The notes: a model not told the origin generated them from the letters alone. DNA of 61,406 nt, filler included, from Hausera hauseri (GCA_046269625.1; 10 parts of 10 records of this genome joined end to end with filler, not necessarily neighbours in it), one strand, 5' to 3'. Positions 25,304-39,000 are shown, counted from the first letter of the whole stretch. Made by a program: numbers and translations.

Positions 25304-25499
25304 GAGCGGCATTCTCGGATGTGCTTATTGCGTCAGGAGAGGTGACGCCTGTAGGTAGCGGTCTGAGAAGCTGCAGCCTAAGCCGAAGATCTCTTCTACT
25401 TTCCTCATCGTCTAAAGTTTCGCTCTTTATGGCATAGCTAGTAGTGGGCTGTATTGAAATTGTACGATTGAGTACCGTCCGAATAATATCGAAGTCCGG

Positions 25500-26148
25500 T
25501 GGCCTCTGCTCCACACACTGGGCATGTCGTTTTCCCATTCTCCTACGTCCATGCTTCTAAACATCCACGACACTATTTGTGTCTACATGCTTTATTGTCT
25601 AACTTCACAAATCCTTGTTTAATACTATCTCCACAGACTGGCCATATGTCCTCCTCTTCGTCGATTCCTTCTCTATCTAAATCTACCCTTGGAAAAATTT
25701 CTATAAGCTCGTAAATAAGTCCATCTTGATCTTGATACAAATATCCATGTATTATCTTTTGTTTTGGATTCACTGAGCTCTTCCAAGGGTCATACTTCAC
25801 AGGCACTAAGGTCCAATCCTTGATAATTTCTTGATCCAAATCAGGAATTTTACCCTCTGCCTGGTACTTCTGGTGCTGTCTCTTAAGCATTGTTTTAACT
25901 TGGGCGTCTACGGGTAGTGATAATTTCCCGGTCCTCTTGGATTTGAAAATGGGAGCTAAAATCGTTTGATTTCCGGATTCTCCCAATTCTTCTAGGATTT
26001 TTCGGGCCTTTACGGTCTTTATATAAAACACGACCTCTTTAATTCTGTGATGGCTACAATATTCTGCCGTGATTAGCAATTTTGCACATTCGTCGGTCGG
26101 GATATATTGAATATTTTCATTTGAACTCCTGTTATGCAGGAAATTCAC
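25500..26148 (-). pseudogene. Accessory ORF with decayed C-terminal RING-HC finger just upstream of the PPT
   Basis: Reading through stops gives (W)PVC-x-CRHK*CRGCLEAWT*ENGKTTCPVC. Confidence 0.7.
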
Positions 26149-27360
26149 TTCCGTGATACGTTGGTTTGGCTGAAACCTTCCTTTTTCCGGTGTTCTCTTT
26201 CGTGAATCGTCGATAGATCCTCTGGATGTACTGAGTTCTGTTTTTGTTCGATTTTAGTGAGTTTTGTGTTTTCCTTGGGGCGTTTGGTTTCCTCGGCTCG
26301 GTTCTACTGGGGTTCTCTATTCTTTCTCCGGACTTCCCTCGTTTGTCTTTCCTTTTGAATAAATATTCGTAGAATGAAGTCGATTTCTTTAGAGGGAATG
26401 CTTCGACTTTTTGCCTTTTAGGGTTATTCTTTGTTTTAGCATTTTGTGCGGGCTATTCTGGGGCTATGTGTATCTTAAATTCTACCGAAGAATTGGTAGC
26501 AATAGTTTGAATAGTTTCTTTGTTAAACTCCAGTCCATGCCTTGGAGTGTCCTTATTAGCGTATGTTCCCTTTATGGTTATCTGATAGCTACTTTGGTTG
26601 GAGGGTTCTACCAACCTACGCGGCGAATACGGTCGAAAATGCTTTCTGTGACGTTCACTTAGTCCTTCTGGTTTAATAGGACTAAGCAGATTCTGTGTCG
26701 GGTTTTCTGTGGTCCACTCATGATCCCATTTCAAGGTGATATCTCCCTTAGATATTGCTTTTTTGGCTAGCAGTCAGCAGGCGGCTTATCTTTATGTGCT
26801 TGCTTTTCATAGCTTCTAACATTAACCTGAAACGTCCTTCCACTGTCATCGGCAAGCAGCTCCTTTTTTCGTCAAGAAGTCTTTCCAGTTGTTGCGTAAC
26901 TACAGGGTGGATTTCCATCTCTCGGATTCCTGCTATATAGCTAATTGGTATTTCTAATTTTCCCATAATTCCTTCGACTTTGTGTTATGCGAGAATGCAT
27001 CCGTAGAGGCCATGTGTGAGCTCCATTCTAAGTAAGTTAATGTCTGTGCCTCGAATTAACTGTTCTTTTTTATTTCGGTTACTTCAGCATAGGTTTCCCT
27101 GGCTCTTTTCCGAGGACTAATTAATTTAGAGTATACTTTTACCCAATTTGTCTCTCGGACGGAGACTTCTATGGACATATATCCACCACCATTTTTCTCT
27201 CAGTAATTTACTGCAATAACCCGCACATTTCTTTCATCTTGAACAAGTCGATAGGAGCTTAAATCATCATCCTGATCACTTTCGGACGGCTGGCTTTCGA
27301 ACTTCAACGAGGGTAATTGGATAAAAGACGCATATTCGTATGTGATTTCTATCATCATTT

Positions 27361-27825
27361 TCACGGTAATGCTACGATTCGGAATTCTAGTTCACAGTTA
27401 TAGCGATAGAAATCTCCATTACATATTTTGAATGTACTGAATTTGTATTGTCTTCCTTTACTTGCATCCCATGGTTGATTCTTTAACCGGTAGTACAGCT
27501 CACCGTCTGAAAGGTGAATATATATTTTTTGATGATATGCAGGTTCGATTTTGGCTAATTGGTTCAGCGAATATGATCTGACATCTCTATCGTCCCTCAT
27601 GGCGTAGAGATATATGATTCGGTCTTCTTCCGTTGTCCCTTTCAGATTATTATGGATCTCACTTGTCCGATTATATTCCACGTGGTTTTTTTCGTATAAC
27701 TCGCTATTAATTTGGCGGTAGATGGATTTCGATTTGGGAATGAGCACAGTGATACATCTCTGGAAAAAATCGTTGAGACTATATCGCTCGTTGTCATTAC
27801 TGGTTGTCATCGTAGTACGTACCAA
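27361..27825 (-). CDS. Hypothetical accessory protein of LTR family B 3' region
   Basis: 154-aa open frame within the co-oriented cassette ending at the PPT; no motif recognised. Confidence 0.4.
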   Translation of the reverse strand: MVRTTMTTSNDNERYSLNDFFQRCITVLIPKSKSIYRQINSELYEKNHVEYNRTSEIHNNLKGTTEEDRIIYLYAMRDDRDVRSYSLNQLAKIEPAYHQKIYIHLSDGELYYRLKNQPWDASKGRQYKFSTFKICNGDFYRYNCELEFRIVALP

Positions 27826-27964
27826 TGTGAAAACAAAAAGTAAGGGCTAATCGTAAAACAAATTGTGGTTTTAAATCAAAACCAGTTCTTTGTTTGATGA
27901 CAAAATAACCCGATCTGTAATTGTCAGGTTTTTTTTTTTTTTTTATTTTGTAGTTTTATGGCGC

Positions 27965-28501
27965 TTAGAATGACAATTTTTTGGTAATTAACCGAAACAT
28001 CGCAATTGGTATGATGAGAACAAACATTGATAATACGACAGTTAATACGATCCATGAAGTGGTTAACATCATTGGTGCTTGTGTGGTAGCTGGAGTTGTG
28101 ATTTTATTATCTATGTTTTCGTATATGTGCGTTTCTGCACGGATTTCGTCTAGAGTACACAATGTTTTTGTCTGGTTTTGTTTATCCTCTGCATATACTT
28201 GTATTATGTAATCAGATTGCGGTTTTAACAAATTGCATTTTGTCTGGTAAGTATTTTTAGGTAATGTTACAATTTGATTATTATACGTTATTCGACAGCC
28301 TATATTTATATCGTAATTTAGTTTTTCTTCTATAAAGAACACAATTTTAAATTGATATGCCGAATATTTAACAGGTATACTTTCTATTTCTATTTTAGGC
28401 ACACTGCCCCATGCACCGGTTTTTGTAGCGACACTAACTTGAGTGGTCGGCTTTTCGGTTGTCGTCTTNNNNNNNNNNTCGTCTTTATTGGAATCTTTCA
28501 T
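27965..28501 (-). CDS. Type I membrane protein C-terminal part: Thr-rich stalk, fibronectin type III-like domain, TM helix, short basic tail
   Basis: LKPQSDYIIQVYAE (FN3 L.P...Y...V.A signature), TTTEKPTT and TTPATTQ, WIVLTVVLSMFVLIIPIAMF then RLITKK. Probably continues upstream into 28485-29000 via a frameshift or the 10-N gap. Confidence 0.6.
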   Translation of the reverse strand: MKDSNKDXXXXKTTTEKPTTQVSVATKTGAWGSVPKIEIESIPVKYSAYQFKIVFFIEEKLNYDINIGCRITYNNQIVTLPKNTYQTKCNLLKPQSDYIIQVYAEDKQNQTKTLCTLDEIRAETHIYENIDNKITTPATTQAPMMLTTSWIVLTVVLSMFVLIIPIAMFRLITKKLSF

Positions 28502-28999
28502 ATTCTATTCTCTGGGTAATAAGTTCGCAACTTTTTGCTCGTTTTATACGGTAGTACTTGATATAAGAGTCAAATCCTATTTTGAATTCTTGGCTTACTG
28601 GTAGCTTACAACAAGGCTGTTGCACACAGGCATGAATAGAGTACTCTCTTTTCGGGGTTTTTCCGTTTAGTGCTTCGAAAACAATTCTAATTTCTTGACT
28701 AAGAGTTAATCCTGTTCGAACCTCTACTTGAACGCATTGTTTTTCCTGGTTTACTGAGAACTCTTTGATATTTTCATCTAATAACCTTATATTTAGGTCG
28801 ATGAATTGTAACATTTCGTCGAGTTCCATTTCGAGTAGTTTGGCCCAAGTGGGAATAAATAAGTGAAGTTGTGGGTTTACTTCAATATAAACTTCTGATG
28901 AGTTTGGTAAGTATAGTCCATAAGTAAGGATGTAGATGTGTCCATAATCTGTCGCAGCTCTGTGTATAATCTCCAAGTTCAAGATCAATTTTTCAATGA

Positions 29000-31900
29000 C
29001 GATGTATTTACGGGTCAACATCAGTGTATTTATAGTGTATTTATGGCCCTTGTTGGGCACAACATCACCCCTCCCCTTAGCAAAGCAAAACTAGAGAGGT
29101 AAGAAAGTAGAAAATGTGTAGAAACGGCGTAGGCTGTCTAAGTGATCTTTGCGTGAATAAGACGTTGTACCCCTGCAGTGTTAATCTCCTTGCTGTAGAT
29201 ACTAAATGTGACTGATTTGTGAATCGTCAATGTCTTCGAACCTGCTTGCTGAGGTGATTGAGGTACACAATGTCGGATTTGGTCGTGTAAGGTGTTGTCT
29301 TATACAGGGACGGAGAAGGAGATGGAGGAGAAGATGTAGGAGAAGAGGAAGTAAAGGTTGTGGCGGTAGTAAAAGTGGAGTTTGGAGTATATTCTGATAA
29401 AGGAGTAGAAATAAGGGTCGGCATGGGAAAGAATGCAGGAGTTGTAGCAACTCAAGTGGGAATAGGCGGACGTGTCAGAAAAGGGTAGTAGATTCAATGT
29501 GGGGGTATCGTCTACAAAAAAGGCAGTCTTGACGTTGTTGATATGCACCGCTAGTTCCTTACTGACTTTAGAAATTATGGCATTGTTAGAGTGCAATTGA
29601 ATGAGTTTGTAGGGCCCCAAATACCGTGGTTGGAAATCTCACGGTGTTTGGTTTTTCAGCCAGACAAACTTTGCAGAATATAAATCGTCGGGTAGGTACC
29701 TTTTATTGTTGTGTATGATTCTGCAGAATGAATCTTTGCTGACTGAGACAAATTGATTTTGTGCCGTACGGATAACTTTCTCTGTACGTGTATCTTCCAA
29801 GGCGGTTAACTCAAATAATGAACGTACAAGTGTTCCGAAGAGGACTTCCGTAGGTGAACAACTTGTAGAAGTAGAAGGAGTGTTTCGCCAACCCAGTAGA
29901 ACCAACGGAAGAAGAGTAGCCCAACTGCTATTGGATTCAGCGAGGATTCGCAGTGACGTTTTTAGTGTTCGGTGGAATCTCTTTAGACGACCATTCAGTT
30001 GGGGGTGATACGGTATTGTGTGTATATGGCTGATTCCTAATCGGTTAGCGAGTGATTTAAACAAGTTGGACTCAAACTAAGTGCCTTGGTCCGTAATAAT
30101 GAACCTAGGGGATCCAAACCTGCTGATCCAAGTGCGTTTGAAAACGTCGGCTATTGTGTCCGTGTTTCTGCACCGTAGCGAGACAGCTTCTGGCCAATGT
30201 GAGGAACGATCCATCATGGTCAAAATAAACTGATGACCGTTGTCAGGAGGGAGAGGACCAACAATATCTATATGTGCTGATTCGAAACAGGATGTGCAAG
30301 GGAAATGATATAGTGGTGGCTTCAAATGCTTGATGGTTTTAAATTTTTGGCAGGCCGCACATGCACGAACCCACATTTGCGTCTGTAGTGAGGATCAGCT
30401 GTGCACCATTCTTGGGGAAGCTAATATTTCGTCAGTTTTTAGACCTTCTCTTAGTTTTTCGAATTTGTTTACTAGTTCAGGAGTCCATTGTATTGGCTGG
30501 TGTTTTTTTCCACCACTGAGATGAGCAAAAGGTGCGGTAAGTTTAGAGCAGTACGGCACATGCTTATGAACGAAATGCAAAGTGCCTAAAAATCTCCTCA
30601 TTTCTGCTGTTATTCGAGGTAGTTGCACGTTTTTTAGGGCTTCAACTCAATCGGGCTGAGGCGAGTGGCCTTCGGAAGAAATAATGTGACCTAGAAAATT
30701 TATACGCTTCTGGAAAAGTGACATTTGGCGAAATTAATCTGCAGGATATGCTGGTGTAAATGTTGAAAAATTGATCTGAGGTGTTCTTCGTGTTGTTGGG
30801 TTGAAGAAGAAACAATTAATATGTCATTGATATAGGAATAAACATATGAAAAATCAGAAAGGATAGCATCGATTTGGCGTTGAAAAGTCTGCGCAACATT
30901 CCGTAGGCCAAAAAACATGTACAGATATTTGTAAATGCTAAAAGGAGTAGTGACGGCTGTTTTTTTTATATCCTCAGATGCCACAGTAATTTGGTGATAG
31001 GCTTTGGATAAATCAATTGTAGAATAAATTGTAATGGAATTGAGGCGGTGTAATATATCCTTAATAAGTGGCAGCGGGTATTCATCCATTATGGTCAAAG
31101 TGTTCGACTGGCGATAATCACCACATGGTCTAAAAGTTTCATCCTTCTTTTGCACGACATGCAATGGCAACGACCATGGGGATTTGGAGCGACGTACAAT
31201 ACCGGAGAGTTCGAGGTTTAGAAACTCGGCTTCAACATCTTGTCTTTTTGAATAATTCTAGAACAAAATACGTTGATGAATTGCTGCAGGTAATTGTAAA
31301 ATTTTTGGTGGGAGCGAGGAGGTTTTATCAGTAACTGCGGTTGTATCAATAACAGTATGAAATTGGGCGTTATTTGATGATCGAAAATGAAGTGGTATTC
31401 GATGCAGAATGGTAGTATTGAAGATGGTATACAGAAAGTAATGTTACCTAGTGACGGGATCACGTTCATCACAGTGCAATCCCCAATCGTCATTAATATC
31501 ATTTTTAATAGTTCATAAAACTAATTGCCATGATTGTAAAAAAATGGTTTGTGCAACGTTTTCTTTAATATGGGTTTTCGACTTGCATCCACCCGCACGA
31601 CAGAAGAAATGGTATCGATGTGATCCAATCGGTCCTTATTGCAACCATTTGTTAAGCAACGTTGCTTGCAATCGACAAGGAGATTATAGTGCGAAAGAAA
31701 GTCGGATCCTAAAATGGCTGTCTGGACGTTTGCAACGGTAAACGTTCATTGGAACGTTTATGTAAATTTTGGAAGGGTAAAAGAAAGCCTACATGTATCG
31801 GAAACATGTAGCGGTTGTCCGGAAGCTGTAAAAAGGGTTATTGTTGAATGAGGTGTGTTTGGTTGGAAAGGTGAGTGGCGGTAAAGAAATCGCTGCATCG

Positions 31901-33257
31901 GAATCAATGAGGAAATCTATGTGGCGAGTTGTTGTTAACGTAGTTACTGCTTTTACGGTAAATACGGCGAAAAAAGTTTTTGGCTGGTAGAAACTGGAGA
32001 ATGGCCTTCGCCAAGGCTCGCCGTAAGCTCTGGTGGCGGCATTAGCTTTTTGGCAGTGGTGAATATGGACGGCTGTTAGAAGGTAAGATAGTACGTCCGA
32101 CATTCGTATGTTGTGTGCTGCTTCTAAAGGTACAACCAGGGATACACTTATGTGAATCATTCTTAAACTTTGCGTGGTAAATGCAAATAGGGTTGTCAAT
32201 GTGATTATTTTGAGTGTAAAAGCGGCACACAAGATGACATTTTTGCGCTTTACGAGCAAACATGTTATGGTAAAAACAGATCAATGATCGCGCAGGTGAC
32301 CGACGTCTGAGTACAGAGCGTGTATGTATGTATTATGAAGAGCTTCGTTTTTGGCCCGCAACTGTTGTATCTGATATTCTAATGTGCTGTCGTTTGCTGT
32401 AAGCGCTGCAGAAATGACAGGTTGCATGTTTATCTGCAAAATCTCGTACGTTTTGTCTGCAAGTTCGGCTATCTTATCTAGTGCCGTCGATTCCTTGACG
32501 ACGATAAGCAAGGCCCTTATCTGAATCGGTAATGCGTTTGGAAAGTAACGCCGCAACATATAGAAATTATTTTGTTTTGTAACACCAAGTTTTTGCAGTT
32601 GAGCGAGAGGTTCTTAGAAAATCGGATGGTTTTTGTGTACCCATAGCATTATCATTGAAGAATCTATGGATAATGGAATCCATAGACGGTTACGGAAGTT
32701 TTAAAACTGCATTATAGAGATGGGTGTACGGGTCGGATTGTTGAAAGATGTCTAAAATATCGTAAAGAGAAGTCTTTACTGTGTTTGGTAAGAGGCAAAG
32801 TAAGTTTTGAGCTTTGGCTGAGGGATCAGTAATACTATTAGACTGCAGCCAAAGTTTGTGAAAGTTCAGTCATGTCTTGCTGGAATTTTCATAATCGATA
32901 AAATATTCTGTGCACTGAAAAGAAGCGTGTTAGACTGGAGGTAGGGTAAGGGTATAAGTGTCGAAAGTAGGTGGTATGGTGACGGTTGTTGATTTTTGGA
33001 AAAGATTAAAGGTGTTGGTCTAGAGTTAGTTTTATCATTAGTGTCAATGGCGGGTAAAGAATCCATGCCATAAAGGATACGAATATATATGTGAATAATG
33101 ATATATTGTGTTAAAGGAACTGAAAGGTTACGAAAATTGACATTAATTACAGGTAGGTTGTTGTACGTGAGATAAAAGTCACAGATGTTAGCGAAGTGTA
33201 GTACATAATTTTGCAAGTAGAATGCGTCTATAAAATGTGTTGTTCTGTGTGCGAGTA
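29000..33257 (-). mobile_element. Conventional Ty3/Gypsy element (gag-PR-RT-[RNase H deleted]-IN, PPT, start of 3' LTR), decayed
   Basis: Gag LDKIAELADK; PR FLIDSDAAIS; RT FRPCGDYR..IDLSKAYHQI..YINDILI; IN CAACQ..HIDIVGPLP..ITDQG..YHPQLNG..RFHRTLK; GPY motif. PPT AAGGGGAGGGGTGA at 29065-29078 followed by TGTTG at 29064. Confidence 0.92.
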
Positions 33258-33357
33258 NNNNNNNNNNNNNNNNNNNNNNNNNNNNNNNNNNNNNNNNNNN
33301 NTTAATTAATTAANNNNNNNNNNNNNNNNNNNNNNNNNNNNNNNNNNNNNNNNNNNN

Positions 33358-34589
33358 TTTTTACATTCTCTGATGAGTGCCATATGGATTGCTGATTGAG
33401 TAGGAGCAGGTAAATCAACACCAGTCATTTGAAGTCGTTGACACGCTATTGCAGCTTTTCGTCTACTCAGTTTTGCTCGAGTAACCAACTGAACAGCTTC
33501 ATTTGTGCTCTGTTTCCTTTTTCTATTAACGATAAGTGTTGAAGAGCTATAATCAGTGTCATTGTCACTTACTACCTCACTACTACTTTCTTGTACCATT
33601 ATATATTCAGCAAATTTGAAGACGATGGAACTGATGGCGCCTTTACACTTGCAATTTTCTTTGAAGGGTGTACTTTTTAGGATCATCAAGCTTCATTCTA
33701 GTACATCCCACTCGATCACATGTGTATAATTGCTTGAAATAGTGATTTTTATCTTGAGAAGTCAACCAAGGCCCGTTCTTTATCGTTATGTCAAATAAAC
33801 CATTGAAGCTACGTATCACTCGAGTCTTGATTTATCTTTGTCGCTTTTCAATCACTTTTCACATTATCCTTGGTACGGATCTTTTGCCAGTAGTTGGAAA
33901 ATTCAATTTAGTCCATAATTCTAAGCATTCTTGTGATATTATTTTAATTCGTTCTTTCACATGTTTATAGCCTGACGCCAGGCTGGTATCTGTTTATTAT
34001 CTGCCATTTTGTAGGCATTTTACATAAGCTAGCTAATGATTCTTGAGTTGTGTTTTTCCTTGATCGTTTACTCTTCTCGAAATGAGCCAGATTCTTTTTC
34101 CATGATTTTTTGGCCTCGTTCCTTGCAGTAGAATTTTTGTTTGGCATCTGAAAACCGTAAACAAATGCAACAATTAGGAGTATGATTTTAAAATCTTCAA
34201 ATTAAGTATCGAGTGAAAACTAATGATTTACAAAAGATAATCTGAGAAAATAAATTTAACTTTTAAACAAATGTCACTCAATGTTAATTATCTGAAATTC
34301 ATATGCCTGCATTACGTTATTATTTTGCTAATAAATTTGACTGCCATCTGCACGATTACATTGCATGGGAACATCAAAATACACAATAATTATCATACGG
34401 TGTTCAACTACGAATCTTCAATTGTTTTTTTTTTGCAATTGAGGTTTGTCAATTACACTATTATTGTTGGGTAAGGCGTGAGTTTTTTCTTAGATACAGT
34501 ATAATCCCACTCAATCACTTTATTTCTATATGAAAGCTCATTAGAATAAGCCATGCTCATTTGCGGCTGTTCAAATTTTATACCCCTAA
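33358..34589 (-). mobile_element. hATm-like DNA transposon, 5' end with TIR (about 34465-34589) and decayed transposase start
   Basis: The terminus reads TTAGGGGTATAA on the minus strand and is an imperfect inverted copy of 39182-39306. 33950-34272 is repeated at 40455-40778. Confidence 0.65.
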
Positions 34590-34910
34590 TGTATATACAA
34601 GGTCTCTATTTTATTTTATCTTGTACTATTCGTATGCAGCTGAAAGAAAACTTCCGTATTTTAAAATATATATATATATTATAATTAACTATATTATATA
34701 GTTTGATTATTTAAACACATAAAAATTGTAATCGTAATTTTTATTATGCTTCATAAACATTTATGAATCAAGTAAATTAAATTAACGTTTAATTATAATT
34801 TTCAAATTCCAACAAAACCTAAAAATTTTGTTCATGTATTTTATCAACCATTAAATTTTAAAATTAATAAAGAATAAATAATAACAAATCAAATTTTATT
34901 TGCAAAACTT

Positions 34911-36068
34911 TCAACTACACAATTTCTTAAATTGGGAATAGTAACTTGGATGTTGAGATGCTGTTGAGAGAAATTCTGTGACTTTCTGATAACGATTATA
35001 AGTGTCAGTAGTAATAGATGTTAAATAAGAAAATAAATCATTTCGGCGATTTTCATCGTACTCTTCATTTATCGAGTTTATTATGTGACGTGTCCAGTTA
35101 TCGAAATACAAATTATAACAGTCATATCGATCTGTACTGAATAAATTGATATCTCCAACCAAATATGTCAATACGTTTCCTATATTCTCACTTTTTGAAC
35201 TTTTAAATGAGTCAAAAAGGATTTCATTTAGACATTTAATAAAATAGCAAATATCCACTTCTGTGTCACGAATTTTATTTTTCATTCCATTGATTTCGAA
35301 CTTGATATATTTCCTGAAAGATTGTCCTTTATAATTCTTAGACATTTCAAATGAAAATGTCCTAATCTTAATATAATCGGTAAAATATTTTTCTGCAGGA
35401 TTAGAACAGTTCATTGAAAAATATACCAAAATGGTTTTCATGACGGCCAACGCCTTACTGTTGACCTCAATTTCACGAGACAAAGAATCAATTAATTTAT
35501 CACACAAATAAGGATAATTAAGAATAAAATTTGTCAATGCAATATTTTTACGGAAGATAATAAGAAGTTGCATTGCGTAACTTAAAATCACCAATTTTGA
35601 ATAGCAGTTGTCATTTAAAGTTTCATTAGCATAGGAGGATAATTTTGAAAAAAATATGAAAATTTCTCCACCATTTATATTTTCCATAAATTTGTTGATT
35701 TTATTTTTATTTTCATTCCATTGAATTTCATTTCTGTGAGTATTAAATTCCTTTATCAAACTATGGGTATTTTTTGATATACTCAGCAAATCTTCAAATT
35801 CATTGATAAATCCATTTACAATATTTGCGTAGCTTTGGATTTTCGCATTATGACATAATTCTTTGAAATTCTTCAAGTCAATGAAATTGTTAAATTTATC
35901 TTCAACATTTTCGATTTTCCTTCGATCAAATGGACAACTGTTGTTTCTTTGATATATTTCAATGAAACAATTTTTACAAAGCGGGTGTTGACATGGTTTC
36001 AGTATGTAATAATCTACATTTTTATATGACTCATAACATATTGAACATTCATCAAATTTCGAATTCAT
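34911..36068 (-). CDS. Intact intronless RING-finger protein (N-terminal C3HC3D RING plus about 320 aa helical domain), putative E3 ligase
   Basis: CSIC-x-PCQHPLCKNC-x-CPFDR in an uninterrupted 385-aa ORF within very AT-rich DNA. Confidence 0.85.
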   Translation of the reverse strand: MNSKFDECSICYESYKNVDYYILKPCQHPLCKNCFIEIYQRNNSCPFDRRKIENVEDKFNNFIDLKNFKELCHNAKIQSYANIVNGFINEFEDLLSISKNTHSLIKEFNTHRNEIQWNENKNKINKFMENINGGEIFIFFSKLSSYANETLNDNCYSKLVILSYAMQLLIIFRKNIALTNFILNYPYLCDKLIDSLSREIEVNSKALAVMKTILVYFSMNCSNPAEKYFTDYIKIRTFSFEMSKNYKGQSFRKYIKFEINGMKNKIRDTEVDICYFIKCLNEILFDSFKSSKSENIGNVLTYLVGDINLFSTDRYDCYNLYFDNWTRHIINSINEEYDENRRNDLFSYLTSITTDTYNRYQKVTEFLSTASQHPSYYSQFKKLCS

Positions 36069-39000
36069 ACTAAACTAATAGTAATTATATGAAGTTAAAA
36101 GGAAATGAAATTGAAAGAAATTTAAAATAAAATTTATTTTTCTTTTATTGGATTAATTAATTTATTTGTTTTATTTTTTTAATTTCAATTTAATTTAATT
36201 TATTTTTAATTTAAAAAGTCAAATTTAACTATTTATATTTTTATTTAATTTTAGGCGTTTCTTTATAAGCATTAAATAAAAAAAATTTTAACTGAATTGT
36301 AGTATGTTTTATTCATTTGTATTTGAAAATAAATATAATGTCTGTTACTCAAAAATAGGCCGCCAAAATTCGCTCATTTCAAGAAGATTTGTTTCAGATT
36401 TCTAAAAGGAATTTTTATCCGAAATTATGTTCATTAAGTTTTTTTCATTTTTCCATATTGAAAAGATGAAAAATCCAAATCAGTGACAAATTTTGTAATG
36501 AGTAGTGACCAAAATTTAAGATTTCTTGTGATTATTAGAGATAATTGTGAATAGAAACTATGTAGAATAGCTTGTTGAAAAATTGTCATATAATACAATT
36601 TCAGCAATAGTTACAAGTAACAAAATCTCAAGACAAATATAATAAAATGTGCAAAATATTGATTGAACATTTTCTAATTTGAATTAAATAAGACAAGGCT
36701 GATGCATGCAAAACAAAAATAAGTTATACATTTACATTCATTATTTAAATTTTCACAAATAAATTGAAATTATCAAAACCGAAATTTTAATAAATTAATA
36801 AAAATTGATTTCAATTACTTTAAAATATAACCAGAATTTAATGCAACATTAAAAATTTGACACATCTACTGAACTTTTATATTTCTTTTTGTTTTAGTTC
36901 ATAGAACTATTTTTATAAAATAATTTCATTTAATGCATAATTTAGAAATTCAATAATTTTGTATTCTTCAAAATTTATGATTTCAAAAGTAAATAATAAT
37001 CCAGTAATAATTTGTTTTAAATAATTCAATTATTATGAAAAATAAAGGATGAAACAAAAATTATTAATATATATTTTTGACTTTTATTAATTTAAAATTA
37101 TTTTAATAAAATTAATTTAATATAAAAAATGCAGTCACTAATGAAATTATTTATAAATACGACTTAATGATATATTTGCACAAATTTTTATCCTAAAAAT
37201 AATTTCTCGATTTGAAAAACATTAGCAAATACAAAGATTTTTACCAATTAAAATATGAAATATGTTTGGTAATTCTAAAATTGGAAAGATATTTTTCTTT
37301 ACACCATTATTTTAGTCCGTTAACTTTCGCTATAAAATTATTAACAAAATGTTATTTTCTGATAAATTAAAAATTGTTGATTTAAATGCTCACAAAATTA
37401 ATTAAAGAAATGATTAATTAAATTTCACTTTTTAAATTATAAAATAAATTAAATTAAATTAAAATTAAAAATTCAATTCAATTTACTAATTAATTCTACA
37501 AGAGAGAAAACATTTAATTTTTAAATTTGTATCAATATCATTTTATTTTAATTTCATACAATTATTATCGGTTTTAGTATGAATTCTAAACGAGATGAAT
37601 GAATAATACATGGAGATTAGCAAAAAATCCAATATACGTTTGTTTAAATTAAATATCGTTACACTGTTTCCATGGATCGCAACTATATTGTTTTATCATA
37701 TCATAATTATTATGATAAAACAATATAATTCAAATCCATGGCAACAAGGGCATAAAATTTACCCGAATTTTTTCTGCTTACTCTTTACGCTATGAGTCAT
37801 ATGAAAATGTGAATGATTTATCATGTGTAAATTATTCTGTGTTATTTAGAATGTAAGTATTTACTAATTCATTAAAATGATATAAAAATTAACGGTTAAT
37901 TTATTTGTCAATCAATTTAAATACCATATATAATTTGTCCACAAAAATATTGAAATATTTAATATTGGTAAAATATATTAACGCTTGCAGTAACACCCGT
38001 AGCAAAATGATAAATTTCAATTTCATCATATGTATATAAACTAAAACTATATACATCCAAAATTAAGCAAAATTTATGGTACTTTTAGGTTGTCTGACAC
38101 GAATCCTGGCTTTACTATTGATTTAGCACATTTTCTGAAATCAGATACGTAATCCTGATGGGATTATCTACGTACGTGATTATTTTCACGGTTTGGAGTT
38201 GTTTGCTACAAATATAGTTCCCTTTGTAAGTATACTGCAGATGCCTTGTTGAGACACAGCCATTGAAAGAAAAGTTCAAAATTTTGTATGTTATGATAAT
38301 TAATGCATAAACCACTATGCATAAAACTACTAGAATACCTTGTATTGATGACACATGTGCCTGTTACGCACCTTTGGAATATTCAGAAAAGAAAATTAGT
38401 TTACAAATACAACACCTTCACTTAAGCAATATATTATCAACAAACCTAGCAAATATGGTATTAAAATCTTCCGAATTAATGATTTTGTTCAAATTATGCT
38501 TTGAAAGGAAGTATTTTCTGTAACAAAGGTATATTTCAAAATGAAACAAAACTATGCTTTGTGAATACTGTTACTTTTGATTTATGTAAATCATTCTTTA
38601 AATAAAAGCGGAATGTTCCATACGACAACTGGTTTACATCAATACTAATATCCAATACTCTATTTGAGTGCAGTACCACTATTCTGGTAAATACAGAGGC
38701 TTTTATTGAAGGTATTTCAAAGAAAGTTGTGAAACCGAATACAAGTAGAAAAAGAGTTGTTTACAAGGGTAACATTTTACCTGATTGTTATTGGGATAAT
38801 GGTTTCAAATCTATTTAACTCCTATCTTTATTGCACAGCGATCTTAGGAAATGTAGTGAATTAAACCTTCTCAAAATTGTATGAGATTATAGCAACAAAA
38901 TTTAGAACAAAATTCATGGATAATATAAATAATAATAATAAATATTTATTAACGGAAGTGACAACATTCATGTGAGATGAATGTCTATACTGTACAGACA

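Noticed and set aside
37670-37741. Hairpin as a structured ncRNA
   Set aside because: AT-rich inverted repeat typical of a MITE remnant; nothing supports expression.
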